DNA from: Octopus bimaculoides
Lineage: Eukaryota
Length of the DNA: 64,000 nt
Assembly: GCF_001194135.2 (NCBI RefSeq)
Contig: NC_069003.1
Coordinates: forward strand, 1,237,624-1,301,623
Direction of reading: 5' to 3'
The translations under genes and the position numbers were made by a program. Below the pieces are notes generated by a model that was given only the letters and a program-made list of their open reading frames with translations, was not told the origin of the DNA and did no database searches. Below are positions 12,311-26,938 of the stretch, piece after piece (the first letter of the stretch is position 1; each line of letters opens with the position of its first letter).

Positions 12311-13679
12311 TATTGTTATACAGAAAACATTTTAGTTGTTGCTCTCTAGAGTGAATCGATATTTTGACGACACGCTGCTGTACTCTAGTTTGAATACATC
12401 AGTAACGTCCGTATATATTTTCTGCAATATTACACATAACATCAACCTTGTTCTTCAACAATTTCTATTTTAACCCGCTATAAAAGTTCTTTTAATGCAC
12501 ATACATAAATGTTATGAACTCATCGAACCCCAATGTTATTATCTTATATCGGGTTTCAAAATATTGCAATTCTTATTTCATGAATTCTTAATGCAGTTCA
12601 CAATCTTTCTCTTGTATTTATTGTGATCAGCCATTATTTGTTGCCCTTTTATCATCCCTTATATATCCGTTACTTCTTATTTTTACTTTATCTTTTACCT
12701 CTCATTTCCACCTACCGGGTGTTTCTTCTGTTTCCTCATAAAACACATCATAATAGACTAAACATAAAAGCGTTCTACAATCTTCAGTCGATTGCATCCT
12801 TATAATATATTTACTCACCCGTCGCATTTATTAGAATAATTGAAAATATAGATTTCCTCTTTAAAATTTAACACACCAACTCTAGTTTAGGTAAATAGTT
12901 CAATACGTAACTGTAAACCTCATAAGCTACTACAATTAATATAGTTTAGTAAATTTATTTCACCTCTAGTTATCCTTTCAATTCAAAATCTATCATCTAT
13001 TATCTCCTCCCGAAGAACATTTTTTTTCTTTTTGATTACTGTCTAATCCCACAACTACAATTTCTCTATAAATAACAATTTTGAGTTATTCCTCTTCTAT
13101 ACTTTACTTCAGATTTTTTCAGAGAGAGAGCGTTCCTAGTACTATATACACCTTCGCAGTAAGACGTTCACTGTGCAGCAATGAACATGCGTCAGTTTAT
13201 ATCTATACTGGATTTATTCGTATACAACAATTACATCATCATTCTCAAGTTTACAAATAAATTTTGATTATAAAGGCTTCATTAATATAACATCTAAACG
13301 TCCTTTCAAAAACTTGTGAGCTATAAAAAAGGGTCTTAAATCTAATTACATCTTTAATTATTGCTACATTTATGCACTACTCTCTACATACACGATCTCC
13401 AATCGCCTAACAATGCTTCTAGAGCACGTTTTTGTCTGGCGTATATATTTCCTTTTCTAACACACCACACCCTCAACCGTAGATTTTACTGAGTGCAGTA
13501 ACAACATTGGACTTATTATAAATTAATCAATAACTAAACTTCAGAAGGTTTACAGAGTTTCGTTAGAGATTACACTGCACATGTTGTTATACAATGAAGT
13601 TATACAAACGGCTTTGCGCAGCATCTGTCCAAAGTAGTATAAACTACTCAAAACTCGGTCGTTTACACAATGTTGATTT

Positions 13680-13684
13680 ACTAA

Positions 13685-13716
<32 letters not shown>

Positions 13717-14040
13717 TTACTACTACCAGGACCACTACAACAACCAATACTGCTACTAAAACTACTACCACCACCACTACTACTACTATTACTACCTGGA
13801 CCTCTACTACAACCACCAACACCACCGATATTGCTACTAANNNNNNNNNNNNNNNNNNNNNNNNNNNNNNNNNNNNNNNNNNNNNNNNNNNNNNNNNNNN
13901 NNNNNNNNNNNNNNACTAAAACTACTACCACCACCACTACTACTACTATTACTACCTGGACCTCTACTACAACCACCAACACCACCGATATTGCTACTAA
14001 AACTACTACCACCACTACTATAACTACTGCTGCTACTACT
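13680..14040 (+). repeat. (ACT/ACC)-derived minisatellite with an 81-bp higher-order unit spanning a gap
   Basis: actaaaactactaccaccaccactactactactattactacctggacctctactacaaccaccaacaccaccgatattgct occurs on both sides of gap 13841-13914. Confidence 0.85.
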
Positions 14041-14807
14041 ACCGCTACTGCTGATGCTGCTAAAACAACAACAGCAACAATATCATTAGCAACGACGACT
14101 TTCTGATTACTTTAGCGGAGCTGATCCATGCAGTCGACGGAACGTGGCTCATCTGATATGAGGAGCGAAAACGATTCCCTTCAAGTTCACGAAACGATCC
14201 GTTATGAGACTCACCTTATTCTTCAGACAAACACCAATGGCAAAAACGACGTGTTTGCATTACTACTAATATTGAGACAACAGAGAGGTTTATGTAATAA
14301 GTGTGATTATGTGAGTGTATATGAGTGAATGTTTGTGTATGACTGCGTGTGTGTGGGCGTTGACTATAATGCAAAGACTAAGACACACCTATCGTATTTT
14401 TAGGTAAGATATTTCAATATGAAACATCAAAGCAAGACAAAATTGTACACAAATATAAATATAGAGACAACTACACAAGCATAAGCGCGCACGTAGAGAC
14501 ACCGGCACGCGGACATGCACAAATATTGCCGAGTACTTACTTATAAACTGGAGTGGTTGCTTTTATGATTACGTATATCTACACGCATAGATATACAAGC
14601 ATTTCTTGTGCTATGCATTGGCACTTCTCAAGTTTTATGTTTTAATACGTTGCTTTAATCTTCGCCTCAGATATACATACAGAATGTTTCGAGCTTATGC
14701 AAGTACATATGAGAAGATATGTACACAAACATTTCAGTGCACACACACACACATATATATATGTATATTTTTATATGAATACACATATGCATACATATAT
14801 ATATATA

Positions 14808-14856
<49 letters not shown>

Positions 14857-15134
14857 ATGNNNNNNNNNNNNNNNNNNNNNNNNNNNNNNNNNNNNNNNNN
14901 NNNNNNNNNNNNNNNNNNNNNNNNNNNNNNNNNNNNNNNNNNNNNNNNNNNNNNNNNNNNNNNNNNNNNNNNNNNNNNNNNNNNNNNNNNNNNNNNNNNN
15001 NNNNNNNNNNNNNNNNNNNNNNNNNNNNNNNNNNNNNNNNNNNNNNNNNNNNNNNNNNNNNNNNNNNNNNNNNNNNNNNNNNNNNNNNNNNNNNNNNNNN
15101 NNNNNNNNNNNNNNNNNNNNNNNNNNNNNNNNNN

Positions 15135-15171
<37 letters not shown>

Positions 15172-15760
15172 ATGTATGTATGTATATATATATATGTGTG
15201 TATGTATGTATATATATGTGTGTATGTATATATATGTGTGTATATATGTATATATATGTGTGTATATATGTATATATATATACATATATATATATATATA
15301 AGTATATACATGCATGCATACATACAGATACACATATCCTAGTGTGATTTAGTAGCTGCGAAGACATCAGACGTTATGCAAAATAGAAAAAAAGAGTTAG
15401 ATAAAAGTTAATATGTAGAATAAAAATGTGAAACAACATTAAAATTAATATTATTGCTGCTGAAATAATAAGAAGATGGTGAAACAAAGCTTCAATGATG
15501 AGAAGAAAGTAATAAAAGAAAATGATAACACGGCAGACATCTTGAAATCGTTACATAAATTGATAAATGTCATTGTTGGCTGATTCCACTTTGTAGTTGT
15601 TTAATATCATCATTACTCCATCTTGTGTTTGTAGACGAGGTGACCGAGGAATTAAAGACAGCAACATAGGAATACATGTATATAAACATACATACAGACA
15701 TATGTATAGACGTGTGTGTGAGTGTGGTTGGGTATATATATGTGTGTCTGTGTGTTTTTG

Positions 15761-15863
<103 letters not shown>

Positions 15864-16487
15864 CACACATATATATACACATACACACACCTATGTATGC
15901 ATATACACAGCTATTTGTATTTAAGTATCTTTGTGTGCGTGTTTGTTAGTATGTTTAAATACGTACATATATACGTATATATATGCATATACATATGTGT
16001 ATTATATATATACGTGCACATGCGTGCGCATACGCACACATATATACACACACATATATGCACATACGTATAACAGAACAAATTATGAGAAGTATGAACA
16101 GGCTAGTCTCAAACTGTCAAATCAATTTAAAATATATTTATGTAACATATTCAAGAGAGATGTTTAAATAATATCAAAATATAGCAGAAAACGAAGAAAG
16201 ATCCGGAATATAGAACTCCATAATAATTCACGTATATATCGTTTCACTTCATGATAAGGTAGGAAAGAATTCCTTTATGTCGATTTCCCTTCCATAGTAA
16301 AGTAAAATCCAACCAATTACTTTTGTAAACATCGAATTCCTGGATAGTATATGTGTGCGTTATATCTTACAGCTGTATCGAAGACGATTGCATAATAAAT
16401 GCTGATGTCTGCCTGTTGTCTGCAGTAGAAACTATTGTATGAAAATGAACCTATCGTCAGAAAGATGTCTATAGTGTTAGGATCAGA

Positions 16488-16643
16488 CAAATTATAACGT
16501 AACAAAAAGGGGTAAACTTCTGATCGCAACAACAAACTGTTCAAACAGGGAAGTAAATGTTCATATCGAGAGATTATGTCCAGTGTCAATGGTTTCAAGG
16601 TAGGTGGTGAACGGTCCGACCCGTATGCAGCTCCGCCTCGTTC
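16488..16643. repeat. Dispersed ~155-bp repeat, second copy at 42890-43052 (possibly a LINE 3' UTR piece)
   Basis: gatcagacaaattataa..aaaaggggtaaacttctgatcgcaa..caaacagggaagtaaatgttcatat..gtttcaaggt..aacggtccgacccgtatgcagctccg is shared by both loci. Confidence 0.85.
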
Positions 16644-16667
16644 TGGTTAGGTGTGTGAGTATGTGTG

Positions 16668-16713
<46 letters not shown>

Positions 16714-17679
16714 CATATAGATAGACGCCCGAATGTATTATAGCCCAGGAAAATCTATTATTTTTCTATTAATTACCTGGCGTACGTGGATGACTAGTGA
16801 TGTGGAATTGCTATTCCCTTTAACAAGTAATAACAAATAAAAGTAATAGCTTGTAACAAAATGTTGAGTTTCAATAAACGCTATTATTTTCTAAATCTAA
16901 ATAGTTTACTTGAAGTTTTTTCCTTAGCTGCAATATTTTAAGAAAAACTTATCTTGTTTTGTACTTTACTAAGTGTAATAAGTTGTCCTGAACTTCCAAT
17001 TGTAAGTTTCCATTTTTATAATCTTAAGAATATTATTCCTATTGTTCGCATTTTTCCATGTAATATATTTATGAGTTCGGTAAAATTATAGTTTTCATTC
17101 CTGTTCAGATGGAGAACTTTCGAAGCTGCTCTTTCTCAATACTGGTCGTTAATCGACTTTTAGGTTTGTTGGAGATGGGACCCATGATATATGCAAAATA
17201 ATTCTTTAAAATTTCACTTATTTCGTCGACCACACCTAGTTTGACATTGAGAAATTCTACAATGTAAATCAGCTAAATATTTATAAAATATATACTGGAT
17301 GGCGTAGTCCTGTCTGTTGAGAAACTATATTATACTGAGTCGAAAGTTAAGACGTTCGAAACTTGCGGATGTCACTGATATTATTACAGTAATGGGCGAT
17401 TTGTTTGTATGATGCTGAAACGGCATCCCATAGCGAATGCAAGACTTTCTTTCAGGCAACACGACATATAAAACAAGAATCTCGGAGTGCAAACGGAGGT
17501 AATTATCACTAATTAATAACCGTTATAGATACATATTATTAAATGGTGATCGTTATAAAAATTAATGAGCCGTAAACTATTTAAGGTGAATAAAAAAAGT
17601 ATTAAGATAAAAATCTAAACTTGTAAGCTGTGTCGTTGTAGAAGGCGTATTGAAATAACCATTTCTAATATAGGTAGAA

Positions 17680-17855
17680 AGGAGCGGGTGCTAGTCAATT
17701 AAACCGACCCCATTACACAATTGGTACTTGTTTCATCGACTACAGAAGGAAAAGTGTTCTGTAACGGAATTTAAACTCAAAACGTAAAGATTTACGAAAC
17801 GCTGCTAAGCAATTTGTCTGTGGTATTTAACGATTCTACCAGGTCGACGCCTCAT
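17680..17855 (-). mobile_element. Old SINE family B copy
   Basis: gacccc..tggtactt..atcgac..ggaatttaaactcaaaacgtaaag..gctaagc..aacgattctaccag. Confidence 0.7.
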
Positions 17856-18443
17856 AGGGGTGTTGTAATAAGTGGATAACACTAACGACACTGATGCTGC
17901 GATCATGTATTCTTGTTCGGAGTGTAGATATTGGCCAGTTAAGTTCCAATAGTTAGGCAGTAGTATTGTTGAAAATGTCTATGTACGTGTATTAAAAGTG
18001 GAAGCCGGTTGTCGTAATCACCGATAATTATATCAAATAGTTAATGTTATCAAAATCAATGTCTGCGAAATTCTTTATTTGATATGAAGTGAAAGCCATC
18101 TACTAATTAGAATTAAATGTGAAGATAAGGTTGTATACTCTGCTTAATGTTATCTGTTGGTTAATCAGTTATTTTCATCAAAAGGCTTCATCGAAGACTA
18201 AACATAATAATCCGCTCTCTTACAGTATTGTGCACACACATACACATACTAGAAACAGACTTTGGAAATGTCGAATGTTGTGGGTATTTTACAGACAGGA
18301 AAGTAAATTTCGAACGCAGTAGGGCTACAAGAAAAACTGAGAAAGATTGAATATTTTCCGTCTTGTAGGAGTAAAATATCAAATCTTTCTGCTGTTTTCA
18401 CAGCTATATTGTGTTCGAAATATACTTAACTGTCTGTATGATA

Positions 18444-18501
<58 letters not shown>

Positions 18502-18909
18502 NNNNNNNNNNTATGTATATATGTGTGTGTGTGTGTATGTATATATGTGTGTGTGTGTGTGTATGTATATATGTATGTATACCGCTTCCTACATATGTAA
18601 TGCATACATATGTACATACACATATATATGTTTTGTGTTTGTCTCACTACATTCCAGTACCAAATGCGGCCATACACTCTGGTTAAGGTATACACATCGT
18701 TGATGTTATACTTCTTTGTTCAAAATACCCAGATTTTTTTTTTTTAATGTAAAGTTTTGCGATTTTGCATTTCTTAAAAAAAGTGGTGGCTGTTGTAGTT
18801 TATTTTCTTTTAATGATATTTGTTATTTGAAATTTGCAGGTGTGGAAACAAATCTACTTTCGTAATTACATTGTATGTACTAGCAATATTCGCGTTGATT
18901 AAAATAGAT

Positions 18910-18942
<33 letters not shown>

Positions 18943-19393
18943 NNNNNNNNNNNNNNNNNNNNNNNNNNNNNNNNNNNNNNNNNNNNNNNNNNNNNNNNNN
19001 NNNNNNNNNNNNNNNNNNNNNNNNNNNNNNNNNNNNNNNNNNNNNNNNNNNNNNNNNNNNNNNNNNNNNNNNNNNNNNNNNNNNNNNNNNNNNNNNNNNN
19101 NNNNNNNNNNNNNNNNNNNNNNNNNNNNNNNNNNNNNNNNNNNNNNNNNNNNNNNNNNNNNNNNNNNNNNNNNNNNNNNNNNNNNNNNNNNNNNNNNNNN
19201 NNNNNNNNNNNNNNNNNNNNNNNNNNNNNNNNNNNNNNNNNNNNNNNNNNNNNNNNNNNNNNNNNNNNNNNNNNNNNNNNNNNNNNNNNNNNNNNNNNNN
19301 NNNNNNNNNNNNNNNNNNNNNNNNNNNNNNNNNNNNNNNNNNNNNNNNNNNNNNNNNNNNNNATAGCATGTATTTAATCATCGCGAATGTCGC

Positions 19394-19436
<43 letters not shown>

Positions 19437-19466
19437 TAGCATGTATTTAATCATCGCGAATGTCGC

Positions 19467-19501
<35 letters not shown>

Positions 19502-19918
19502 TGACATACGTACATATATACTACAAAGATTGAAAGAAAGAAATCTACGCTGCCTGGCGGTGAAGCTGTTTAATTTGACTTTATTTTTTCGTAATATCAC
19601 GCCTGAGTCAATGAGAGAAAAATCTTATAAATAAATTAAAGTTGGACAAATGCAAGTCGAAACACTAATGTCCTCTTTTCTTTTTATTGCATTTTATTTC
19701 TTCGAATTATATTATTTTGGATTGTCTTCTATTTTCTTCCGCGCTATCTGTCTTCAAAATCAGATCGATAGTTATTTTGGCAAACTTGATTCGTAATGTG
19801 CAATGATTATAGATACAATTGATGGTACGAACTCAGAGACATAGGACTGCAATCGCACACATAAAAATACAGAAATGATACAAGCACGCATGAATACCAA
19901 TACACACGGACACACACA

Positions 19919-19957
<39 letters not shown>

Positions 19958-19971
19958 CACACATTTATTAA

Positions 19972-20096
19972 GTGCTGGAGCACTGCGGTTAGTCGAACAC
20001 ATCCACCCCACGACTTATTTTTTTGTAAGCCTAGTACTTATTCTATCGGTCTGTTTTGCCGAACCGCAAAATATATAAACGTAAACACACCATCAT
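19972..20096 (-). mobile_element. SINE family A, 3' half
   Basis: tgctggagcac..gtaagcctagtacttattctatcggt..gccgaaccgc..gtaaacacacca is the reverse complement of the 5480-5610 segment. Confidence 0.85.
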
Positions 20097-20565
20097 CCTA
20101 TTGTTCGCGTTGCGTTCACCTGTTTCACGCAAAAACCATGTTTCACTCGTAAAAATGAAAAGCCCAGGTATCATGTGATGTTTTAAATCGTCGAAAGAAT
20201 TATGTCTGTCTCACAAATCGATCATAGCCATATATGAATTCAGAGCCGAAGTCACTGTCAAATAACGTAAGACATCTGGTCTGAATTTAGCATATGTCTG
20301 TAGATTGAAGTCTTCAAGTCTTGCATAAGTCTGTAGATTGACGTCTTGCATAAAAACCGAAAAGCTGAAAAGCATAACAGGCGTCGGCTGCATTTGAACT
20401 CAGAACTCAGAGATTTAAGAAAACTGTGCGCTATTCTAGCAGAAATTCTCAAAATGCTTCCAACTCACCGTTTTAATTTTATTAAGGTTAACAGCGATGA
20501 TAATGTTAATCTTCTCTTTCTCCTTCTTCTGCTCCTTTTTCTTCTTCTTCTTCTTCTTCTTATAC

Positions 20566-20990
20566 GGCGGCGAGCTAGCAGAATCGTTAGCTCGCTGGAC
20601 GAAATGTTTAGCGGTATTTCGTCTGCCGGGCGAAATGCTTAGCGGTATTTCGTCTGCCGTTACGTTCTGAGTTCAAATTCCGCCGAGGTCGACTTTGCCT
20701 TTCATCCTTTCGGGGTCGATAAATTAAGTACCAGTTACGCACTGGGGTCGATGTAATCGACTTAATCTGTTCGTCTATTCTTGTTTGTTCCATCTATGTT
20801 TAGCCCCTTGTGGGCAATAACGAAATAGGTATTTCGTCTGCCGTTACATTCTGAGTCCAAATTCTCCCGAAGTCGACTTCACCTTTCATCCTTTCACATC
20901 CGATAAAATACATACCAGTTGAGAACTGGGGTCGAGGTAATTGACTTTACCCCTCCCCCAAATTTCAGACTGAGCCTCTAGGAGAAAGAA
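20566..20990 (+). mobile_element. Two abutting SINE family B copies (full copy 20566-20826 with a 31-bp internal duplication; older 5'-truncated copy from 20828)
   Basis: Unit GG(A/G)CGAAATG(T/C)TTAGCGGTATTTCGTCTGCC occurs at 20597-20627 and 20628-20658; the second copy has a different tail (ccctccccaaatttcag). Confidence 0.85.
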
Positions 20991-21059
20991 TTCATTATTA
21001 TTTTAATTATTATTGTTATTATTGTTCTTGTTATTGTTGTTGTTGTTATTTCTATTATT

Positions 21060-22500
21060 ATGCACCGATAATAGGAAAGCTTATCATTATTGTTTCAATG
21101 GTCAGGATAATAATTATAGGGAAATGTAGTGATGAGAATGATGATGATGATGATGATGATGACAATGAAGAGGAGGAGTAAGAGAAAGAAGTGAAGGAGG
21201 AGGATGGAGATGGCATTTGTTGAGGTGGCGTTGTTGTTGTTTGTGGTTGTGGTGATAACTGATGATGATGACAGGGATCAGAAGGCAGATGATGCTGATT
21301 GTGATGATGATGATGATGATGATGATTATGATTATGATGATGACGTTGATGATGGTGATGGTGATGGTTATTATCACGATGGTAACTTTTAAAGGAAAAT
21401 GGACAGATATGCAAATTAGCGAAGACAGATAATGACAAGACAACAACAGCAATATCAACAACTACAATTATAATAATGATAATAATAATAATAAAAAAGA
21501 GAGATAAATGAGTGAAAGGAAAGGACGAGGGAATAAAAAGAAAATCTGAAACAGTAAATGAAGTTAGAAGACGAAAAATGAGAACCGAAAATAAATGGCG
21601 AAAATTTTTTTAAAAAAGACGAAAATTAGGGGGGAAAAAAGAGAAAATAGCTAGTACAAACATTCTATTGATGTAATAAGTGAGAGGATCTTTATCTGGA
21701 GTGGAATCGTAATAGATAACAATCTGAATAGAGCTTTTAGCGCCACCTATCGCAATTAAGTCACACAGCGACCGGCCGACATATTTCACTGTCATTAAAA
21801 AACGAAAAGTTATTATATATTTTAGCGAATCGTTGTTGTTGTTGTTGTTGTTGCTTGTTATGTAGTTTTTTTTTATCGGTTATGTGGTTTTTGTTTGTGA
21901 TAATTTTTGTTGTTGTTGATGTTGCTTCGTTATTTTGTTTTAATAAATATTTTTTGAAATAATACCATCACGGTCATCATGATCATCATCATCATCCCCA
22001 TCGTCATCATCGCAATCGTCATCATTGTCTTACTCATCTCCACTCTGACCATCACCAATGAGATCGCCCCAACACCTCCATGTCACCACCGCCAGGCTGT
22101 CATCATCACCGTGTCACCACCACCATCGTGTCACCGGCCCCACTACCTACGCCATCACCATCAACAACAATCTCCATCAGCATTGTTATCATTCTGACAG
22201 ACATCATCACCAATTTGACTTCCCCTCCTCCTCCTCATCATCATGCTCATCATAATCGTGCTATTCATCATCATCATCATAGTCATCATTTTACTTATCA
22301 ATATTTTTGTCGACCACCGTAAATAGGATTATTTCTAGAATGAAAATGTATCGTATCGTTGGTCATGAAGGTTGCCCAAACGGTGATGATGGTGGAGAAG
22401 AGGTCGATGTCGATGGTGAGGACGATGGTGATGATGGTGATCACCATGACGATGAAGCTGCAGCTGTTGCTGCCAATGATGATGATGATGATCACGATAG
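21060..22500. repeat. Degenerate (GAT)n/(CAT)n trinucleotide tracts in alternating orientation
   Basis: GAT-rich at 21130-21390, CAT-rich at 21965-22290, GAT-rich at 22370-22500. Confidence 0.8.
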
Positions 22501-22657
22501 GACTATACACTTATAGATGTGTGTGTATATATACATACATGTGTATACATATATATGTTCATATATATATATATGCATATAAATATACATACACATATAT
22601 ACACACACACATATATATATATATACGTAGATACACATACATATATATGAGTGTGTG

Positions 22658-22734
<77 letters not shown>

Positions 22735-23908
22735 TTATATCATGTACCACACAGTGCTGTTGATAGTTCCGGCGAAAGTGAAACTGAATTTTGATGTTGG
22801 TTTTAAAGTTTCTGTCGTGGGCGATCAATTTATTCGCATTTCTTCAATAACGCCGACGTTGCTGATATCGAATATGGCGGCCCTGATGAATACGTATATC
22901 ACTGACGCTGTTTAAAGCTGAGAAAATATCACTTAACTGTTTATAAGCCTGCAGTGAAAATATATCTCTAGCATCACTCTTGTTTGTCTTTTTCCTATCT
23001 TCTTTTTCTTTCTCTTTTCTCACTTTGTACATATATTTTTTTTTGTGTGTTTTATTGAATGCGATATTTCTACATTATTCTTATGTGATGACTTCAGCGT
23101 TTATAGCTATAGATTTATTTTTTATATTCCGTTTTCTTTCCTATTAATTATTCAATCTATCCTTTTTTTATTTATATAATATTATTACATATATAGTTTG
23201 AAAATATATTATTTTTGTTTTACTCTAATATTTCGATGTTTTAGACCATTAATTTATTGTTTTTTTTTTTTGTTATATTTCATAATATGCTTTGTTTCAG
23301 GAATTAAACTTGTTGGGTTTTTTTTTTATTAGAGTGTCGCTCCGAATTTTTTGATTTTAAAATGTGGTCTTAATATAAATATTTGTGGCATTTGATGTAT
23401 TTTTTCATTGTATTTAGGGAGAATTAATTTTTTTATATTACTTTTTTTATTTATTGGTGTTTTATATATATTTGAAAAAAAAAAAAAAAAGATTCTTCCG
23501 TTCTGTCCTCAATACTATCATATAATGCACATGTGCTTTATTACGTCTTTTTTTTTTATAGCTTGAGTTTCATTTTTCGCCTATACTCGTGTTATTTGGT
23601 TCAGAATGACACATCACGTTGATTGGTTGCGCAAATAAGAACAAAACAATACAACAAATACTCCAAGCAAGACATTAACACACGCACGCGCACGCGCACG
23701 CGCACGCGCACGTGCACGTGTGGGTATATATGTGTGCACGAAGACGAGACGAGCGGGTCTTCGTGCCTCCGTTAAATAGTTTACTTGGAGTTTAGCAATA
23801 TCTTCCATGACATCATATTCTTCCATTCCTATATCTTCCGCCCGCTCATTCACACTTCCTCAGTCACTCTCTCGTTCCCCTATCTTTGTTCTTAGCTCTC
23901 TCTCTCTC

Positions 23909-23946
<38 letters not shown>

Positions 23947-23980
23947 ATACACATTTACACAATGTTGGACATACGCACAC

Positions 23981-24110
23981 ACAAATCAACCCCCAGTACT
24001 TATTCTTTCTTGGCTTAACAAAGAATAAGTACTGGGGGTCGATTTGTTCGACTAAAGGTGGTGCTCCAGCATGGCCACAGTCAAATCACTAAAACAACTA
24101 AAAGAATAAA
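23981..24110 (+). mobile_element. 5'-truncated SINE family A tail preceded by an inverted duplication (28-bp hairpin)
   Basis: The tail aagaataagtactgggggtcgatttgttcgactaaagg..gctccagcatggccacagtcaaat matches 5560-5640; 23981-24008 is the reverse complement of 24020-24047 at 27/28. Confidence 0.85.
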
Positions 24111-24120
24111 ATATATACAC

Positions 24121-24164
<44 letters not shown>

Positions 24165-24337
24165 CTAAATGCGTGTTTGTATAGTTATGTATCTATGTAC
24201 GCATGGAAGTTTGTGTGCTAATTTTTATTATCATATATTACATTGGTTGCTGTACATACATACGTATATATACATACATGCATATATATATATATATGTA
24301 TATATATGTATATATATATATATATATNNNNNNNNNN

Positions 24338-24382
<45 letters not shown>

Positions 24383-24895
24383 GGCATTCGCGTCTTGAGG
24401 CATTCCTACATGTATGCGCGATTATATACCTTGGCTCATCTGTCCATGTAACATTAACCATTCGCTGACACACGCACACACACACACACACACATTTATA
24501 TATATATGCACATAGATGCATGCATACATATATGCAACACCTCTACACGAACATGTTAAATTGGTTGTTATTTGTATCCCTATCAGATTACAGCGTTTTT
24601 ATATACCCCCCTCCGATAAACTCTGTATTTTGTTTCTTAATGGATGCCAGTATCAAAGCAGCAAGTGAACTCGCAAATTACTGTTAATCACAAATACGAG
24701 ATTTTAAAATGTTTTGCATGACATACGATATACTAGTTTGGTGTATCTTATCCGAGTTCCCGCCCCTACCACGGTTGCCTTTGCATCGTAGTTCACCACC
24801 AGACGTTTAAGCTTTATCATCGTATTCCTCCCTTCCTGTCATTTTGACTTTATACAAACACACAAATGAACGGAACAAGATAGAGAATATCCATA

Positions 24896-24972
<77 letters not shown>

Positions 24973-25079
24973 ATCGCTACACACATAGTCACACACACAT
25001 ATCGATATACATGTTACTAAATGCTTAAGTTTACACCTACACATACGCCGTTCAATTGGCGATAGATAGCTTTATATAT

Positions 25080-25116
<37 letters not shown>

Positions 25117-26708
25117 TATATATACAGACAGATATATATATATATATATAGATATATATACAGATAGACAGACTGACATATAGATAGATAGATATGCCGA
25201 AATGTATATGCATATTCAAATGTGCATATATACACACACATTCATAGACGAATACATAAATTTATACCCGTGAATAGTTACACGGACATTTATGAAAGTA
25301 CTCATATATACCGAGAGAGATAGAGTTGATCCCTACATATGTGTGTGTGTGTGTGTGTGCGTGTGTGTGCGTGCGTGTGTGAACGGAAACACGCTTTATG
25401 CCGATGGTTTCACATATCAGTCTTTAGTTCTCCCGTCGTTTCATAATTATTTACTTTAGCGCTGAAGACATATTTTTGAATAACCGTAATTTTTAAGATT
25501 GATTTATGTATTTCTGAAATAACACACCTCCTTTCTTTTTATCATTCCTTTTTTTTCTGTTTTTTTTCTGTTCCAGCAGCTTCTATTGTTGTTGCTGCGA
25601 CTGTTGTCGATTATTTTCAACTAGATTCTCTAATTGTTGATGTTGTTGTCTGGTTTATTCTTGTTGTTGATCATATTTTGAGCGTTGCAATCGATGTCGT
25701 AGACGATGTTGTCCTTTTTGTTTGCTGGTGGTTCTGAATTTTATTATTGCTATATATGTTACACATGTATTTATTGATTATTATCCTCTTGTTTTTGTTT
25801 TGATTTAACGTTGTTGTTGCAAAGGTTTTTCTTTTTACGGTTGTTAATATAATCTATTGTTCTTGTCGTTGCTGCTGCTGTGGTTTCTCGTTGTTGATGT
25901 TATTATTTATTTTCGTTTTTAATGTTATTCTTCGCTTTTGTTGTTGAGTATATAAATATTGTCGCTGTCCATGTGAATGCCTTCCGTTGCTTTTATTTTT
26001 CCTTGTCTTCTCTTCGTTGCTGAATTCTGTTATGGCGGCTCTTCCAGCTAAGCATTGGCACACATTCTTTATCCGTTTTACATTACAGTTTTACGTAAAC
26101 CGTTTATTTTTCGATATTCACTTTTATTTACTTTCATATATATTCTTGACAAATATAAGCAAATACGCCATTCTTACGCACACACAAATACAAACACACT
26201 CATGCTAATACTTATTACACAGTTACACACACGCTTAAAACATAATTACACACATATACATAGCCTTGCGTCACACACATACAAAGAGAAAATTTCGCTA
26301 TTATTTTTGTTATTTGTAGACTATGAATAACATTAAAATAGCAATAAATCATTCTACGATCATGTTTACATGCGGTAATATTCTGTATTTAACCTGCAAG
26401 TCAACTACAAACATGCAAGTAGTTAACTGGGGAAACATCAAAGATACTAAGCAGGTAACATATAATTATTTCTAAGTTCACAGAATGTGTATACGTGTAA
26501 GAATGAGGGTAGTTGCAAGGGTACTGACCTGACTCCTGTCAGGGTAATTAAAATTGTATTCCATCATCAATTTTCTATTTATTAATTCCGCTTCACATGT
26601 GATACCGTAACTGTTAAAAAACACTAACTAGATGTGTGCGGATATATGTATATATGTGTATGTTTGTGTGAGTGTGTCTGTGTGTGTACGCATGTGCATC
26701 AAATAGAC

Positions 26709-26762
<54 letters not shown>

Positions 26763-26938
26763 TCATTAATATACATAAATACTTGTCTCCGTTTCTTCAG
26801 GGCGTTTGTGCTTATGCAGCATATATTATGCTCGTTTCATATATACATATATATATATATATACATACATACATATAAATATATACATATATATATTTAT
26901 ATTTACGTGTATGTGTGCTTGTATGTGTGTATGCTTTC

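Noticed and set aside
14215-14290. Strong minus-strand donor AAG|GTGAGT
   Set aside because: No acceptor gives a stop-free exon.
17456-17498. 43-nt plus-strand micro-exon candidate (TTTCTTTCAG..GAG|GTAATT)
   Set aside because: Isolated, no partner exons or homology; chance is likely.
19363-19470. Exact 35-bp duplication around (TA)n
   Set aside because: Directly at a gap edge; most likely assembly overlap or slippage.
22885-22930. CTGATGA followed by GAAA
   Set aside because: Helices II and III and the NUH register cannot be formed.
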